IMG/VR virus record: IMGVR_UViG_3300033993_002218
Location: 1 to 64,000 of that record
From: a virus
Taxonomy: Duplodnaviria; Heunggongvirae; Uroviricota; Caudoviricetes
Direction: 5' to 3' (one strand)
DNA length: 64,000 nt
The notes under the pieces are model-generated. The model did not search any database and was not told where the DNA came from. It worked only from the letters and a program-made list of their open reading frames with translations. Shown piece by piece: positions 50,688 through 58,975 of this stretch; position 1 is the stretch's first letter, and the number at the start of each line of letters is the position of its first letter. A program made the translations under genes and the position numbers.

Positions 50688-50890
50688 TTGTTTGCTTGAT
50701 TGCGAAGTCCAGTGTGAGTAATAAAAAGTAACTTTTCTTCTTCTAACCAATCGGCAATCTCCAAAAGTGTTGCCTTTGCTTCGTTGTTTCGGCAATCCTC
50801 ATAAGTTTCTCCTTGTGGAGCAGTAGAGATTGCCGTAGCAATTCGTTGGAGTAGGGTTTTAGAGTCAGTCATTTCAACCTCCAATAGCAC
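50684..50890 (-). CDS. hypothetical protein (68 aa)
   Basis: ORF track. Confidence 0.45.
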   Translation of the reverse strand: MLLEVEMTDSKTLLQRIATAISTAPQGETYEDCRNNEAKATLLEIADWLEEEKLLFITHTGLRNQANK

Positions 50891-51080
50891 CAGTCAATAC
50901 ACTATCAACACCATCCTTCCAACCATCATCATAACCTTCTCGATACTCAATTTCCATAACCTTAGCAGCAAACCTCATAGCAACCTCACGAAATGCGTTG
51001 TTCATAGCACCAATCATATCAGGAGACATACCAAATTCAGTTCCATCTCCCCAGAGTTCCATTAGTCGTTGGTCAGTCAT
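50874..51080 (-). CDS. hypothetical protein (68 aa). Member of the ...EGYDDGW... small-protein family.
   Basis: ORF track. Confidence 0.45.
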   Translation of the reverse strand: MTDQRLMELWGDGTEFGMSPDMIGAMNNAFREVAMRFAAKVMEIEYREGYDDGWKDGVDSVLTGAIGG

Positions 51081-51104
51081 CAGTCCTTTGTGTGTATAAG
51101 AGTA

Positions 51105-51323
51105 TTATAAGGCATCTTGTGCCCCTGTGGAGGGGTCTTGTGCCAGTTCTTCAAGTGTCATCTCACATCTTTTCTCATAAGCATCACAGACACTTTTTAA
51201 TACATCTGTAGTCATAGGCATACTCAATTCAGCAAATGTCTTATTACAAGTATGGCAAGTGATTTTACAAGGATTTCCCTGCGAAATCCATATATCACAT
51301 TTTTTAGGTTCAATCATTTTCAA
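51105..51323 (-). CDS. hypothetical Cys-rich protein (72 aa) whose last 18 codons are encoded by the intergenic cassette
   Basis: The frame reads through box and hairpin (…MTLEELAQDPSTGAQDAL) and stops at TAA inside the TTATAAT -10 of cassette 51081-51165. Confidence 0.45.
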   Translation of the reverse strand: MKMIEPKKCDIWISQGNPCKITCHTCNKTFAELSMPMTTDVLKSVCDAYEKRCEMTLEELAQDPSTGAQDAL

Positions 51324-51555
51324 AATCTCTGGGTTCTACATAAGGGTCTTTACAACCAGTATAAGCATACATTTTATTATTCATCTTATACCAGTCGTGA
51401 TTGAGAGCATACCAAAAGGTCATACAATACCAATCATAAAATCCAAGTCCTTCATCATATGAACCAAAGATATTGGTTTCTTCTGGAACAGACATCCAAA
51501 TCTTCCAGTAATCAAAAATCATTTTAGTTAGTTTCATAATACATATCCTCTTCAT
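51310..51555 (-). CDS. hypothetical protein (81 aa)
   Basis: ORF track. Confidence 0.45.
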   Translation of the reverse strand: MKRICIMKLTKMIFDYWKIWMSVPEETNIFGSYDEGLGFYDWYCMTFWYALNHDWYKMNNKMYAYTGCKDPYVEPRDFEND

Positions 51556-51709
51556 ATTTTACATAATCACTTTGAAGATAGTTAAAGAACTCTCCGTCTT
51601 CACTTCTCATAGTATAGCACCACTCATCAAAGATTTCCCAAATCCAATACCACCCGACTTGGATTTTTTCAAAGAAGTTCATAGGACGATTATAGAGTTT
51701 AGTCATCAT
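51524..51709 (-). CDS. hypothetical protein (61 aa)
   Basis: ORF track. Confidence 0.4.
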   Translation of the reverse strand: MMTKLYNRPMNFFEKIQVGWYWIWEIFDEWCYTMRSEDGEFFNYLQSDYVKYEEDMYYETN

Positions 51710-51778
51710 ATTTCAGTTTTAAAGTGAATAACATAATCAGGGATACAATACTTACTAAATGCCCAATTTGCTCTCCAG

Positions 51779-52021
51779 TCATTCCATCCACTTCCTCAAA
51801 TCAACAATTTTGTAAGAATCACACCTCAAATCTTTTATACCAAAATTTTCATATTGGTAGAATTGTTTAAACAAAAGTTTTCCACTCATCGCATAAGTGT
51901 ATGGTTTTAACACTTTAATCATTTTTGATTCTGCTTCTTCGTATGTTTTATAACAACCTACCCACTCTTCAGGGTCACCACAGGAATAGTGATGACAGGC
52001 AATCAAAAGATAAGGTTTCAT
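51779..52021 (-). CDS. hypothetical protein (80 aa, trimmed start MKPYLLI). Paralog of 54825..55052.
   Basis: Both start MKPYLLI... and contain YEIVDLR(E/K)WME. Confidence 0.5.
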   Translation of the reverse strand: MKPYLLIACHHYSCGDPEEWVGCYKTYEEAESKMIKVLKPYTYAMSGKLLFKQFYQYENFGIKDLRCDSYKIVDLRKWME

Positions 52022-52022
52022 T

Positions 52023-52184
52023 TCAGTTGCCTCCTGTTGCTTGAAAACATCCATCATCATAACCTTCTTCGTAGATTGCTTTGGCAAACTTCAAGAGTTC
52101 GTCTTTCCAACAAATACAGATTTTGTATTTATTAACACCAATCCCATAGGTTTCAGCAAGTTCAAGGATTTGTTCGTCAGTCAT
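52023..52184 (-). CDS. hypothetical protein (53 aa, trimmed). C-terminal motif DGCFQATGGN.
   Basis: Paralog of 47699..47881. Confidence 0.45.
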   Translation of the reverse strand: MTDEQILELAETYGIGVNKYKICICWKDELLKFAKAIYEEGYDDGCFQATGGN

Positions 52185-52569
52185 TTTCAAATGAATTAAA
52201 ATGTTCAAGATATTCAATCATATACGGTTGCATAAACTCCCAACCATCGTTTAGTTCTTGCCAAAATCTTCCTGTAAGATTTTCTTGAGTGTATTTTGGG
52301 TCATCAAATAACCACTCATTCCACCTATAAAAATCTTGTGAGTAAATACCAAAAACTGAAGCAACCCAAAATTCAAATGCAATTTTAAATTGAGTAAATG
52401 GATGAATCATTTCAGTTTTATAAAACTCATCCCAATCAGGATGAGGCATACCAGCAAGCACCATTTCACCACATTCAGGGCAGTGAAACATACCAATAGG
52501 AGCATCTTTGTAGATGTCTGCTGTTGGGTCAAACGTGCATTTAGTCATTTCAATAAAGCAAAAGAACAT
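52177..52569 (-). CDS. hypothetical protein (130 aa)
   Basis: ORF track. Confidence 0.5.
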   Translation of the reverse strand: MFFCFIEMTKCTFDPTADIYKDAPIGMFHCPECGEMVLAGMPHPDWDEFYKTEMIHPFTQFKIAFEFWVASVFGIYSQDFYRWNEWLFDDPKYTQENLTGRFWQELNDGWEFMQPYMIEYLEHFNSFEND

Positions 52570-52783
52570 CTACATCCACTCGGGAAAACTCCCAGTAATC
52601 ACCAAGGTCTTTTTTATTATAAATTGTGTACTCATCGGGTTTATTTAATTCTGAAGAATTCACTGTTGCAGTTACAACTTCCAAATCAATTTCAGTTTCA
52701 TAGAACATACCCCCAGAATCTGTAACTACTTCCATATTTTCTGGATACTCTTTCAGTTTTTCAATCAATTCTGCAATAGTCAT
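52550..52783 (-). CDS. hypothetical protein (77 aa). MTIAELIEKLKEYP family, paralogs at 54165..54392 and 56787..57002.
   Basis: ORF track. Confidence 0.5.
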   Translation of the reverse strand: MTIAELIEKLKEYPENMEVVTDSGGMFYETEIDLEVVTATVNSSELNKPDEYTIYNKKDLGDYWEFSRVDVDVLLLY

Positions 52784-53019
52784 AGTGCCTCAAGTTCATT
52801 AATAAGAGTCAAAAGTTCATCCACATAAATCACACTATCTCCTCCATACATTCTAGCATAAAACTCGTCCATATTGGGGTCTGGTGGAAGAGAAGATGAG
52901 TATTGATTGATGATTTCTTTGATTGTATGAATAAGAAGTTTGGGTTGAGACAAATCTTTTTCCTTATCCATATGGGCATAAAGAACTTTTTTTGCTTGTT
53001 CGGTTTTGTAATTAGTCAT
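52780..53019 (-). CDS. hypothetical protein (79 aa)
   Basis: ORF track. Confidence 0.45.
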   Translation of the reverse strand: MTNYKTEQAKKVLYAHMDKEKDLSQPKLLIHTIKEIINQYSSSLPPDPNMDEFYARMYGGDSVIYVDELLTLINELEAL

Positions 53020-53025
53020 AAGTCT

Positions 53026-53187
53026 TTAAATAGTATGATACGAACTTGGGTGTTCATTAATATAAGCAATCGCTTTCTTAATATCTCCATTTGTTGAGTA
53101 TAATGCCTTCTTGCAATCCATTATCCCGGCACCAGTTATTTCACGCAACTCTTTAATTAACTTAGGGTCTTTATGAGGTTCAGTCAT
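53026..53187 (-). CDS. EF-Ts N-terminal (EF-Tu-binding, UBA-like) domain mimic, 53 aa
   Basis: Hand-translated [73 protein letters not shown] matches the EF-Ts signature (E. coli ...[29 protein letters not shown]...). ATGA overlap upstream. Confidence 0.6.
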   Translation of the reverse strand: MTEPHKDPKLIKELREITGAGIMDCKKALYSTNGDIKKAIAYINEHPSSYHTI

Positions 53188-53393
53188 TTCAAGTTATCCA
53201 TAAGAAACTGTTTGTAATCACCTTGTCCGTTATAATAGTTGGAATTATACTCTTTCCAACTATCTTCATCTTCTGTGGTTTCGGGCAACCACTCCTTTAG
53301 TAGTTTTATCATTTCTATGACAAACCTTGGGTCGTGTAGTCCTCCCGTTTTTTTAAGATAATAGAAAAAGAAAGATTCTTTTTTTATACTCAT
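53184..53393 (-). CDS. hypothetical protein (69 aa)
   Basis: ORF track. Confidence 0.45.
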   Translation of the reverse strand: MSIKKESFFFYYLKKTGGLHDPRFVIEMIKLLKEWLPETTEDEDSWKEYNSNYYNGQGDYKQFLMDNLK

Positions 53394-53396
53394 CTT

Positions 53397-53618
53397 TCAA
53401 ATCCTCAATCTTTTAAGTTCTCTTTCCATCCATTCCAATTCCCGTTTCAGTCGTTCCTGTTTGAGAACCTCATATTCTTCATCAGTAGGAATAGGAGGAA
53501 GTTTTACCCATCCAGAAGGTGTTCCACACATAAAATCTCCATTACTCCACATCCACAGAGTTCCATCGGCACATAATGCTCTATTTCCAGAGATTTGTAT
53601 AGGTGTTCTTTCAGTCAT
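53397..53618 (-). CDS. hypothetical protein (73 aa)
   Basis: ORF track. Confidence 0.45.
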   Translation of the reverse strand: MTERTPIQISGNRALCADGTLWMWSNGDFMCGTPSGWVKLPPIPTDEEYEVLKQERLKRELEWMERELKRLRI

Positions 53619-53794
53619 TCTTCTACCTCCTCATCATCCAGTTCATAAGCAATAGTAGTAGCACCAAAAAGAATTAACTTTTTAACAGTTTCATACTCAA
53701 CCACACCATATAGGTCAAAATCATAAATTGCTTCGTTAGTCCAGTCATCAATAGTATTTTGAATATGATCCAAAAGTTTTTTTCGTTCAGTCAT
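53615..53794 (-). CDS. hypothetical small acidic protein (about 58 aa)
   Basis: Hand-translated MTERKKLLDHIQNTIDDWTNEAIYDFDLYGVVEYETVKKLILFGATTIAYELDDEEVE. Confidence 0.3.
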   Translation of the reverse strand: MTERKKLLDHIQNTIDDWTNEAIYDFDLYGVVEYETVKKLILFGATTIAYELDDEEVEE

Positions 53795-53982
53795 TCTTCC
53801 ATCTCCATTTCCATTACATAGATGATATCAAAAGACTGTTGAAAAGGTTGCCACTCATACTCATCAAGCATTTTCTTTGCCATTTCTTCTGCTTTTTCTT
53901 TTGATTTGAATGCCTTATGAATTTTCCCTAGATTATAATCTGGACCATAATCGTAGTCTTCAGCAACCAGATAGATTTTCAT
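53791..53982 (-). CDS. hypothetical protein (63 aa)
   Basis: ORF track. Confidence 0.45.
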   Translation of the reverse strand: MKIYLVAEDYDYGPDYNLGKIHKAFKSKEKAEEMAKKMLDEYEWQPFQQSFDIIYVMEMEMEE

Positions 53983-54161
53983 TCTTTTATCCTTTCATAA
54001 TCAGCAAAACCATCTGGATTTAGATGTCCTACTGTGAGTTTGATACTTGTTCCAGTAAGTTCGTGTTGAAGAACAACTCTATGAGAATACTGCTCCATTA
54101 CAACATAAACATCATTAGAGTTCTTATGTTTCCATTTAGAACCTATTGGTATTTCAGTCAT
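53979..54161 (-). CDS. hypothetical protein (60 aa)
   Basis: ORF track. Confidence 0.4.
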   Translation of the reverse strand: MTEIPIGSKWKHKNSNDVYVVMEQYSHRVVLQHELTGTSIKLTVGHLNPDGFADYERIKE

Positions 54162-54164
54162 TCT

Positions 54165-54392
54165 TCATTCTCCACAAAGTTTAAGTGCTGGAACTTTTTC
54201 GTGAGTTGTATCTTTGGTCCAAGAACATACCTCTTCGTGTTTTCCATAAAACCAAGCAGTGTTATAATTCAAATAAATGTCCATTTCTTCAAAATAACCA
54301 ACATCATCTACTCCACCCTCATAACCACGAACAACCACTCTCAAATCTTGTGGATACTCTTTAAGTTTTTCAATCAATTCAGCAACAGTCAT
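54165..54392 (-). CDS. hypothetical protein (75 aa). MTVAELIEKLKEYP family.
   Basis: ORF track. Confidence 0.5.
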   Translation of the reverse strand: MTVAELIEKLKEYPQDLRVVVRGYEGGVDDVGYFEEMDIYLNYNTAWFYGKHEEVCSWTKDTTHEKVPALKLCGE

Positions 54393-54583
54393 TCTTCATC
54401 CTCCAAGGAAGCAATAAGTTTTACGATGTGATAGTATTCTTTGTAGTGCTCTGTATTATTCCATTCTTCATAGGCATCTTCTATTGTAAGGTAAATGACC
54501 TGATTGGTCTTATGTAAATCAGCATACACTTTACCATCCTGCCTCTTCAACATAATCACATAGAATTCAGTCATTCTTCCCAC
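54389..54583 (-). CDS. hypothetical protein (64 aa)
   Basis: ORF track. Confidence 0.45.
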   Translation of the reverse strand: MGRMTEFYVIMLKRQDGKVYADLHKTNQVIYLTIEDAYEEWNNTEHYKEYYHIVKLIASLEDEE

Positions 54584-54828
54584 CCATCAAAGTATTCTGT
54601 GAAAAAATTGAAACTCAAACCAACCTTACCAACTTGAAAATCTACTCCAAATAAAGAATTAGTAAAAAATGAGAATAGGATGTATAATCCACCATCACTA
54701 AAAACTAAACGACTGGGATTTTCATAATGAACCCAGAATAATGTTTTATTGTTGAGGATACCAAACTGCCAAGTGTAGTCGGCATCACCATCATCCCAAA
54801 CTTTTTTGTCGTATTGAAAGAGTTTCAC
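54571..54828 (-). CDS. hypothetical protein (85 aa)
   Basis: ORF track. Confidence 0.45.
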   Translation of the reverse strand: MKLFQYDKKVWDDGDADYTWQFGILNNKTLFWVHYENPSRLVFSDGGLYILFSFFTNSLFGVDFQVGKVGLSFNFFTEYFDGWEE

Positions 54829-55052
54829 TGTGGGTCTCCAATAAGTCCAGTAGTTCCAAAAGTATCAAATGTAGTATCTTCCATCCATTCCCTCAAATCA
54901 ACGATTTCATACCAATCATTACTATACTTATTTTTAGATAGTTCTTCCCATTTTTCTTTTGCTTCTTCTTCGGTAGCATAACAAGCAACCCAATCACCAG
55001 TATAAGCAGAAGGATAGTAGTTGTCCCCAACAATCAAAAGATAAGGTTTCAT
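54825..55052 (-). CDS. hypothetical protein (75 aa). MKPYLLI family. C-terminus TGLIGDPQ.
   Basis: ORF track. Confidence 0.5.
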   Translation of the reverse strand: MKPYLLIVGDNYYPSAYTGDWVACYATEEEAKEKWEELSKNKYSNDWYEIVDLREWMEDTTFDTFGTTGLIGDPQ

Positions 55053-55330
55053 AGCAACTCCATTTTACATTTACCATTCACATCATAAACCACTTTGACT
55101 TGATAATCTACTGACATATCTGCTCTCCACATAGCATCTTTGAACTCTTGTGTTTCTTTCTCTGGGTATTTGGGAACAATTTTCATATTCTCATCATACT
55201 CATTACAATTTACATCACCAAGATAATGAAGATTTAGATAACGACGGAGTTGTTGTCGTTGTTCGTGGTCAAGTTGAATTCTCACAAATGTGATGAATTC
55301 GTTTGATACTGGGAGTTCTTCGTTAGTCAT
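55049..55330 (-). CDS. hypothetical protein (93 aa)
   Basis: ORF track. Confidence 0.45.
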   Translation of the reverse strand: MTNEELPVSNEFITFVRIQLDHEQRQQLRRYLNLHYLGDVNCNEYDENMKIVPKYPEKETQEFKDAMWRADMSVDYQVKVVYDVNGKCKMELL

Positions 55331-55460
55331 TCTTCTTATAAAACTCTATTTTAAGTTGAGTAATGAGTAAATCAACTTTATCTTCAATACGAGTAAGTCG
55401 TTCCTCAATCGTATCTATACGATACTCATCAATTGCTTGTTTTTTTATTTCGTAAATCAT
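55327..55460 (-). CDS. hypothetical small coiled-coil protein (about 44 aa)
   Basis: Hand-translated MIYEIKKQAIDEYRIDTIEERLTRIEDKVDLLITQLKIEFYKKND. Confidence 0.3.
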
Positions 55461-55915
55461 AGTTTTATAAAGTGAAATTCACCATCTTGTTTTGTTTTAC
55501 CCCAGAGAAATTCATTTGAATCTATATCATATCCAGCATCTCTGGAATAGTAATTAATACCATCAAACTTCAAAAATGTGGAAACATAAGCATTTCTCTT
55601 GGGTATGATACAATTATCATTTATACCAATCCAAGAGTTATTTACATACTCAAAAACAATCTCACAAGATTTGGTATTTGTAAGATTATTATAAGGTGTC
55701 ATAATAACATTCTCACCAGACACGGATAATTCCAATGTTGTTGCCCGATAAGGTTTTTCTTCCCCATCAATATCATACCAACTCTTTGAGTATAACATTC
55801 CGTCAGGAAGTTCTTCAAATTTAATATGAATATGTGCCCAAAGTGGTGGACTGTTAAATGCTTGCTGTTGGTTAGAATAATTACCAATCAATTTTACTTT
55901 GAAATCTTCAATCAT
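55457..55915 (-). CDS. hypothetical protein (152 aa)
   Basis: ORF track. Confidence 0.55.
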   Translation of the reverse strand: MIEDFKVKLIGNYSNQQQAFNSPPLWAHIHIKFEELPDGMLYSKSWYDIDGEEKPYRATTLELSVSGENVIMTPYNNLTNTKSCEIVFEYVNNSWIGINDNCIIPKRNAYVSTFLKFDGINYYSRDAGYDIDSNEFLWGKTKQDGEFHFIKL

Positions 55916-56154
55916 TCTTCATCCTCCCAATCAATCTCAACGGTTTCAAACTGTTCTACATTAGTGTAAGGCATAGGATTTGCGGGTCCTCCCATCTCAT
56001 AATGGATTTTATCAAACAATTCATTAAGCACTAAACTCTCAAATCCTTCTTGGTCTGGATAATCCTCCCAGTCCTCAAACATTTCAGTTGTGGGAGAAAC
56101 TGTGAGAGTTCGGGTGTAAGTTACTGTGATTGCTTTGAGTTGGATTTTAGTCAT
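55912..56154 (-). CDS. hypothetical acidic protein (80 aa)
   Basis: ORF track. Confidence 0.45.
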   Translation of the reverse strand: MTKIQLKAITVTYTRTLTVSPTTEMFEDWEDYPDQEGFESLVLNELFDKIHYEMGGPANPMPYTNVEQFETVEIDWEDEE

Positions 56155-56322
56155 TTCAGTTCAAAATACCAAGAGTGTAAAGTTGTCGTTCAATCCTCTC
56201 ACTTGGAGAACCAGTAAAGGCACCAACAAGTTCAGGATTTAGGGAATCAAGTTTTTGAGCAAGTTCCCAACATTTCACAATTTCTTGTTGATACTCTTTG
56301 AGAAGTTCTTCTTGTTCAGTCA
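56154..56322 (-). CDS. hypothetical small protein (about 55 aa)
   Basis: Hand-translated MTEQEELLKEYQQEIVKCWELAQKLDSLNPELVGAFTGSPSERIERQLYTLGILN. Confidence 0.3.
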
Positions 56323-56484
56323 TTCTTTATCCAAAGTAAATTTAATTTCTTCAACCCAACTATGAGACAGGATTGCTTCGGCAAGAGCAGAAGCACCAAG
56401 AGAATGGGAACCATCCACTTCACGGATAATCTCTGCCAGTCGGATAATGTGTCCTACTTTTGGTGGTAGTTTGTTGGTCATTTC
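56322..56484 (-). CDS. hypothetical small protein (about 53 aa)
   Basis: Hand-translated MTNKLPPKVGHIIRLAEIIREVDGSHSLGASALAEAILSHSWVEEIKFTLDKE. Confidence 0.3.
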
Positions 56485-56486
56485 AA

Positions 56487-56717
56487 TTAGTAATCAAATG
56501 GATTGTCGTAAATGGTGTTTTCATTCATAACATCAACTTCATCTTCGTGAAACTCAAACTCACCTTCATCCAATTGTGTGGCAAGTTTTTTAATGTGTTC
56601 AATTCGTTTCTGCCTATCCTCAGGGTTAGTAAAAACCTCACAAGGAGTATAAAAGGTGTTCCATTCCTCCCTACAACCAGTGTCAGTATCGTAGAATAGC
56701 AAATAAACTTTAGTCAT
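56487..56717 (-). CDS. hypothetical acidic protein (76 aa)
   Basis: ORF track. Confidence 0.45.
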   Translation of the reverse strand: MTKVYLLFYDTDTGCREEWNTFYTPCEVFTNPEDRQKRIEHIKKLATQLDEGEFEFHEDEVDVMNENTIYDNPFDY

Positions 56718-56786
56718 CAGCAGTCCTTTGTGTATATGAGAGTATTATAAGGCAAAAAGGGCACCTGTGGAGATGCCCTGTGTCAG

Positions 56787-57002
56787 TTATTCAGGTGTCC
56801 CCAACCAATCATCATCATTATCAAATTCTTCCATAGCAAGAATATAATATTCACCAGGAGAATTTGTGGTATCATAATTATAATCAAGATGCTCATCCAG
56901 ATTATCAGTTGGGAAAATACTACCATCAAAACGAACTAAAACTTTAGTTTCGGGATTTACATTTTTGAGAATTTCAAGAAGTTCTTTTACTTTGATGCTC
57001 AT
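56787..57002 (-). CDS. hypothetical protein (71 aa). ELLEILK family.
   Basis: ORF track. Confidence 0.45.
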   Translation of the reverse strand: MSIKVKELLEILKNVNPETKVLVRFDGSIFPTDNLDEHLDYNYDTTNSPGEYYILAMEEFDNDDDWLGTPE

Positions 57003-57146
57003 TTCAGTAATGTGTGTGTTTGTTGTGTATGAGAGTATTATAGGGCATCAGGAGGCATCTGTGGGATGCTCTTGTGCCAGTTTCTAAAGCACCACTGGTG
57101 GCAACCGTCCAAAAAATATCCAGTTCTTTTTTATCAGGTAGTTCTT

Positions 57147-57395
57147 TCAATATTCTTCCTCCCAACTATTCCAAGTGATACCAAAGATTTCTGCCGAAAA
57201 ACCAAATCTCCAACACCAGAAGAGAATATCAATCAAACGATTGTTTCCAATTCCAATTTGAAGATAAGGATTTCCAGGAGGAAACTCATTCCAATCAAGA
57301 CTAAGTTGAAGGAATGACCTTTTTTTACCTTTGATGATGGTGAAGATGTGCTCTACACCAAAATCTTCTTTGCTGTAGTAATCAAGTAGTTTCAT
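57147..57395 (-). CDS. hypothetical protein (82 aa)
   Basis: ORF track. Confidence 0.45.
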   Translation of the reverse strand: MKLLDYYSKEDFGVEHIFTIIKGKKRSFLQLSLDWNEFPPGNPYLQIGIGNNRLIDILFWCWRFGFSAEIFGITWNSWEEEY

Positions 57396-57979
57396 TTTAC
57401 TTTACCGTGAAGAGGGCAGTCACCATTCACCCATTTTTTATCATCGGGCATTTCTTCATTATCCATCACAGGACACTTACAACCCATCATCACAGCAGAA
57501 CTACTACCAGGAACCAGACCTTTCCATTCCTTATGATACTCTGCAGTCATCGCATCCATTTCCCCATCAGTATATTGAGGATTATCAGGATTTTCAAAAC
57601 GTGAGAGTTTTGCTTTCAGGTCACGGATTTCTGTTTCCAGTTTTCCTACATAATTATCCTGTTTAGTCTCATATTCAAGGATTTTTTCACGATAATCCTC
57701 AACCAATTTCAAATCATAATCCTCAGCAGTCTTACGCATTTCTTCGGTGCTACGCATATCATTAAAGGCAACATAGCAAGCACCTTTGGCAATACCTGCC
57801 TCATTATGACCCATCGCACCAGCAAACTTGGCAAACAGTTGGAAGAGTTGAATGCTATTCAGGTCTTCTGCAGGGCACTCAAAAGTAATGTGCTCTTCTG
57901 GAATCATCTCATCATCGTAGATACCACCTTTATGATCCCAAGTGGAATCAAATTTCAATGTAACTTTTGCGGAGTGCAT
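57392..57979 (-). CDS. hypothetical protein with a C-terminal Cys cluster (about 195 aa, trimmed start MHSAK)
   Basis: C-terminal ...GCKCPVMDNEEMPDDKKWVNGDCPLHG is a zinc-ribbon-like cluster. The ORF-track start lies in the cassette. Confidence 0.5.
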   Translation of the reverse strand: MHSAKVTLKFDSTWDHKGGIYDDEMIPEEHITFECPAEDLNSIQLFQLFAKFAGAMGHNEAGIAKGACYVAFNDMRSTEEMRKTAEDYDLKLVEDYREKILEYETKQDNYVGKLETEIRDLKAKLSRFENPDNPQYTDGEMDAMTAEYHKEWKGLVPGSSSAVMMGCKCPVMDNEEMPDDKKWVNGDCPLHGKVK

Positions 57980-58062
57980 AATGCGGGTTTTGCGGAATAC
58001 AAATACTATAAAGCACCCCAACCCGAAAGTCAAGGTGCCTGTGCCAGTTGTTAAAGTGGATT

Positions 58063-58287
58063 TCAGAACTTATAATCGCCCTCATAGTATGCGGAGATTA
58101 CTTTATCGTAGTTTGCTGTTGGACAATTTGATAAACGATGATGAAGATGATTTAACCCAGAGATCTCATATTCTTCAACATTAATGTCTTGTAGAAGACC
58201 AATAAGACTCTTTCGTTCGTTTGATGTCCTCGGATTACGAAGAGCACAACGATTCATTCCTTCTAGATTCCTGTAAGTTCTGGACAT
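58063..58287 (-). CDS. hypothetical protein (74 aa, trimmed start MSRTY)
   Basis: GAGGATAGGAAA-ATG Shine-Dalgarno upstream of the internal start. Confidence 0.45.
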   Translation of the reverse strand: MSRTYRNLEGMNRCALRNPRTSNERKSLIGLLQDINVEEYEISGLNHLHHRLSNCPTANYDKVISAYYEGDYKF

Positions 58288-58318
58288 TTTCCTATCCTCA
58301 ATTACATTTGAAAGTTTA

Positions 58319-58561
58319 TCACTCTTTTTGATTTTGTGCAAGTTCTTTTTGTAATTTTTTGGCAAGTTTCATACAACGACGCCAAATCAAATATTTAATT
58401 AAAGGATTTGCTGGATTGTGTAATGCCCACCACTTAACCTTTTCGTATTGCACTCTTGCAAGTTGTGTCAGCATATAAAATGCCCTCGCTATGGAATTGT
58501 CTGTTGCTATAAGATAGGCAACAATTGCAAAGAGTGCAAACCAGGCGTAGTAATAGGTCAT
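58319..58561 (-). CDS. small membrane protein (80 aa)
   Basis: YYYAWFALFAIVAYLIA transmembrane helix. Confidence 0.45.
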   Translation of the reverse strand: MTYYYAWFALFAIVAYLIATDNSIARAFYMLTQLARVQYEKVKWWALHNPANPLIKYLIWRRCMKLAKKLQKELAQNQKE

Positions 58562-58575
58562 AGTGATTTCAGATT

Positions 58576-58788
58576 TTATGCACCAAATCCTTTAGATTTG
58601 GATTTCTTCTTATCTATAACATTTATAAGATCCAAAAAATCTGGAATCTGACAATGCTGCCACCAATACACCTGAGTATCCTCCCAGTTATCAAAAATTA
58701 CCTTTGTATCATTTTTTAGAGTGATTTCATAGGTATGTCTATCATAAGGAGCATCAGATGTACAAGAAAAACTACTCAATACCATCAA
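58576..58788 (-). CDS. hypothetical protein (70 aa)
   Basis: ORF track. Confidence 0.45.
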   Translation of the reverse strand: MMVLSSFSCTSDAPYDRHTYEITLKNDTKVIFDNWEDTQVYWWQHCQIPDFLDLINVIDKKKSKSKGFGA

Positions 58789-58975
58789 ACTTCCTCATGA
58801 AACGAACACAATTCTTAAATTTCCTCCATTCATCATCTGAGAAATTATCAGATGCATAAGGAATACCAACAACTGTGGCACAAACACGATTGACATTTAT
58901 ACGAATCATCATGTCTTCTGCAAAAACAGGATTGTTGCAAAGAACAATGAATGGAATAAGAAGTGCTTTTTTCAT
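58772..58975 (-). CDS. small secreted protein (67 aa)
   Basis: MKKALLIPFIVLCNNPVFA signal-peptide-like N-terminus. Confidence 0.45.
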   Translation of the reverse strand: MKKALLIPFIVLCNNPVFAEDMMIRINVNRVCATVVGIPYASDNFSDDEWRKFKNCVRFMRKFDGIE

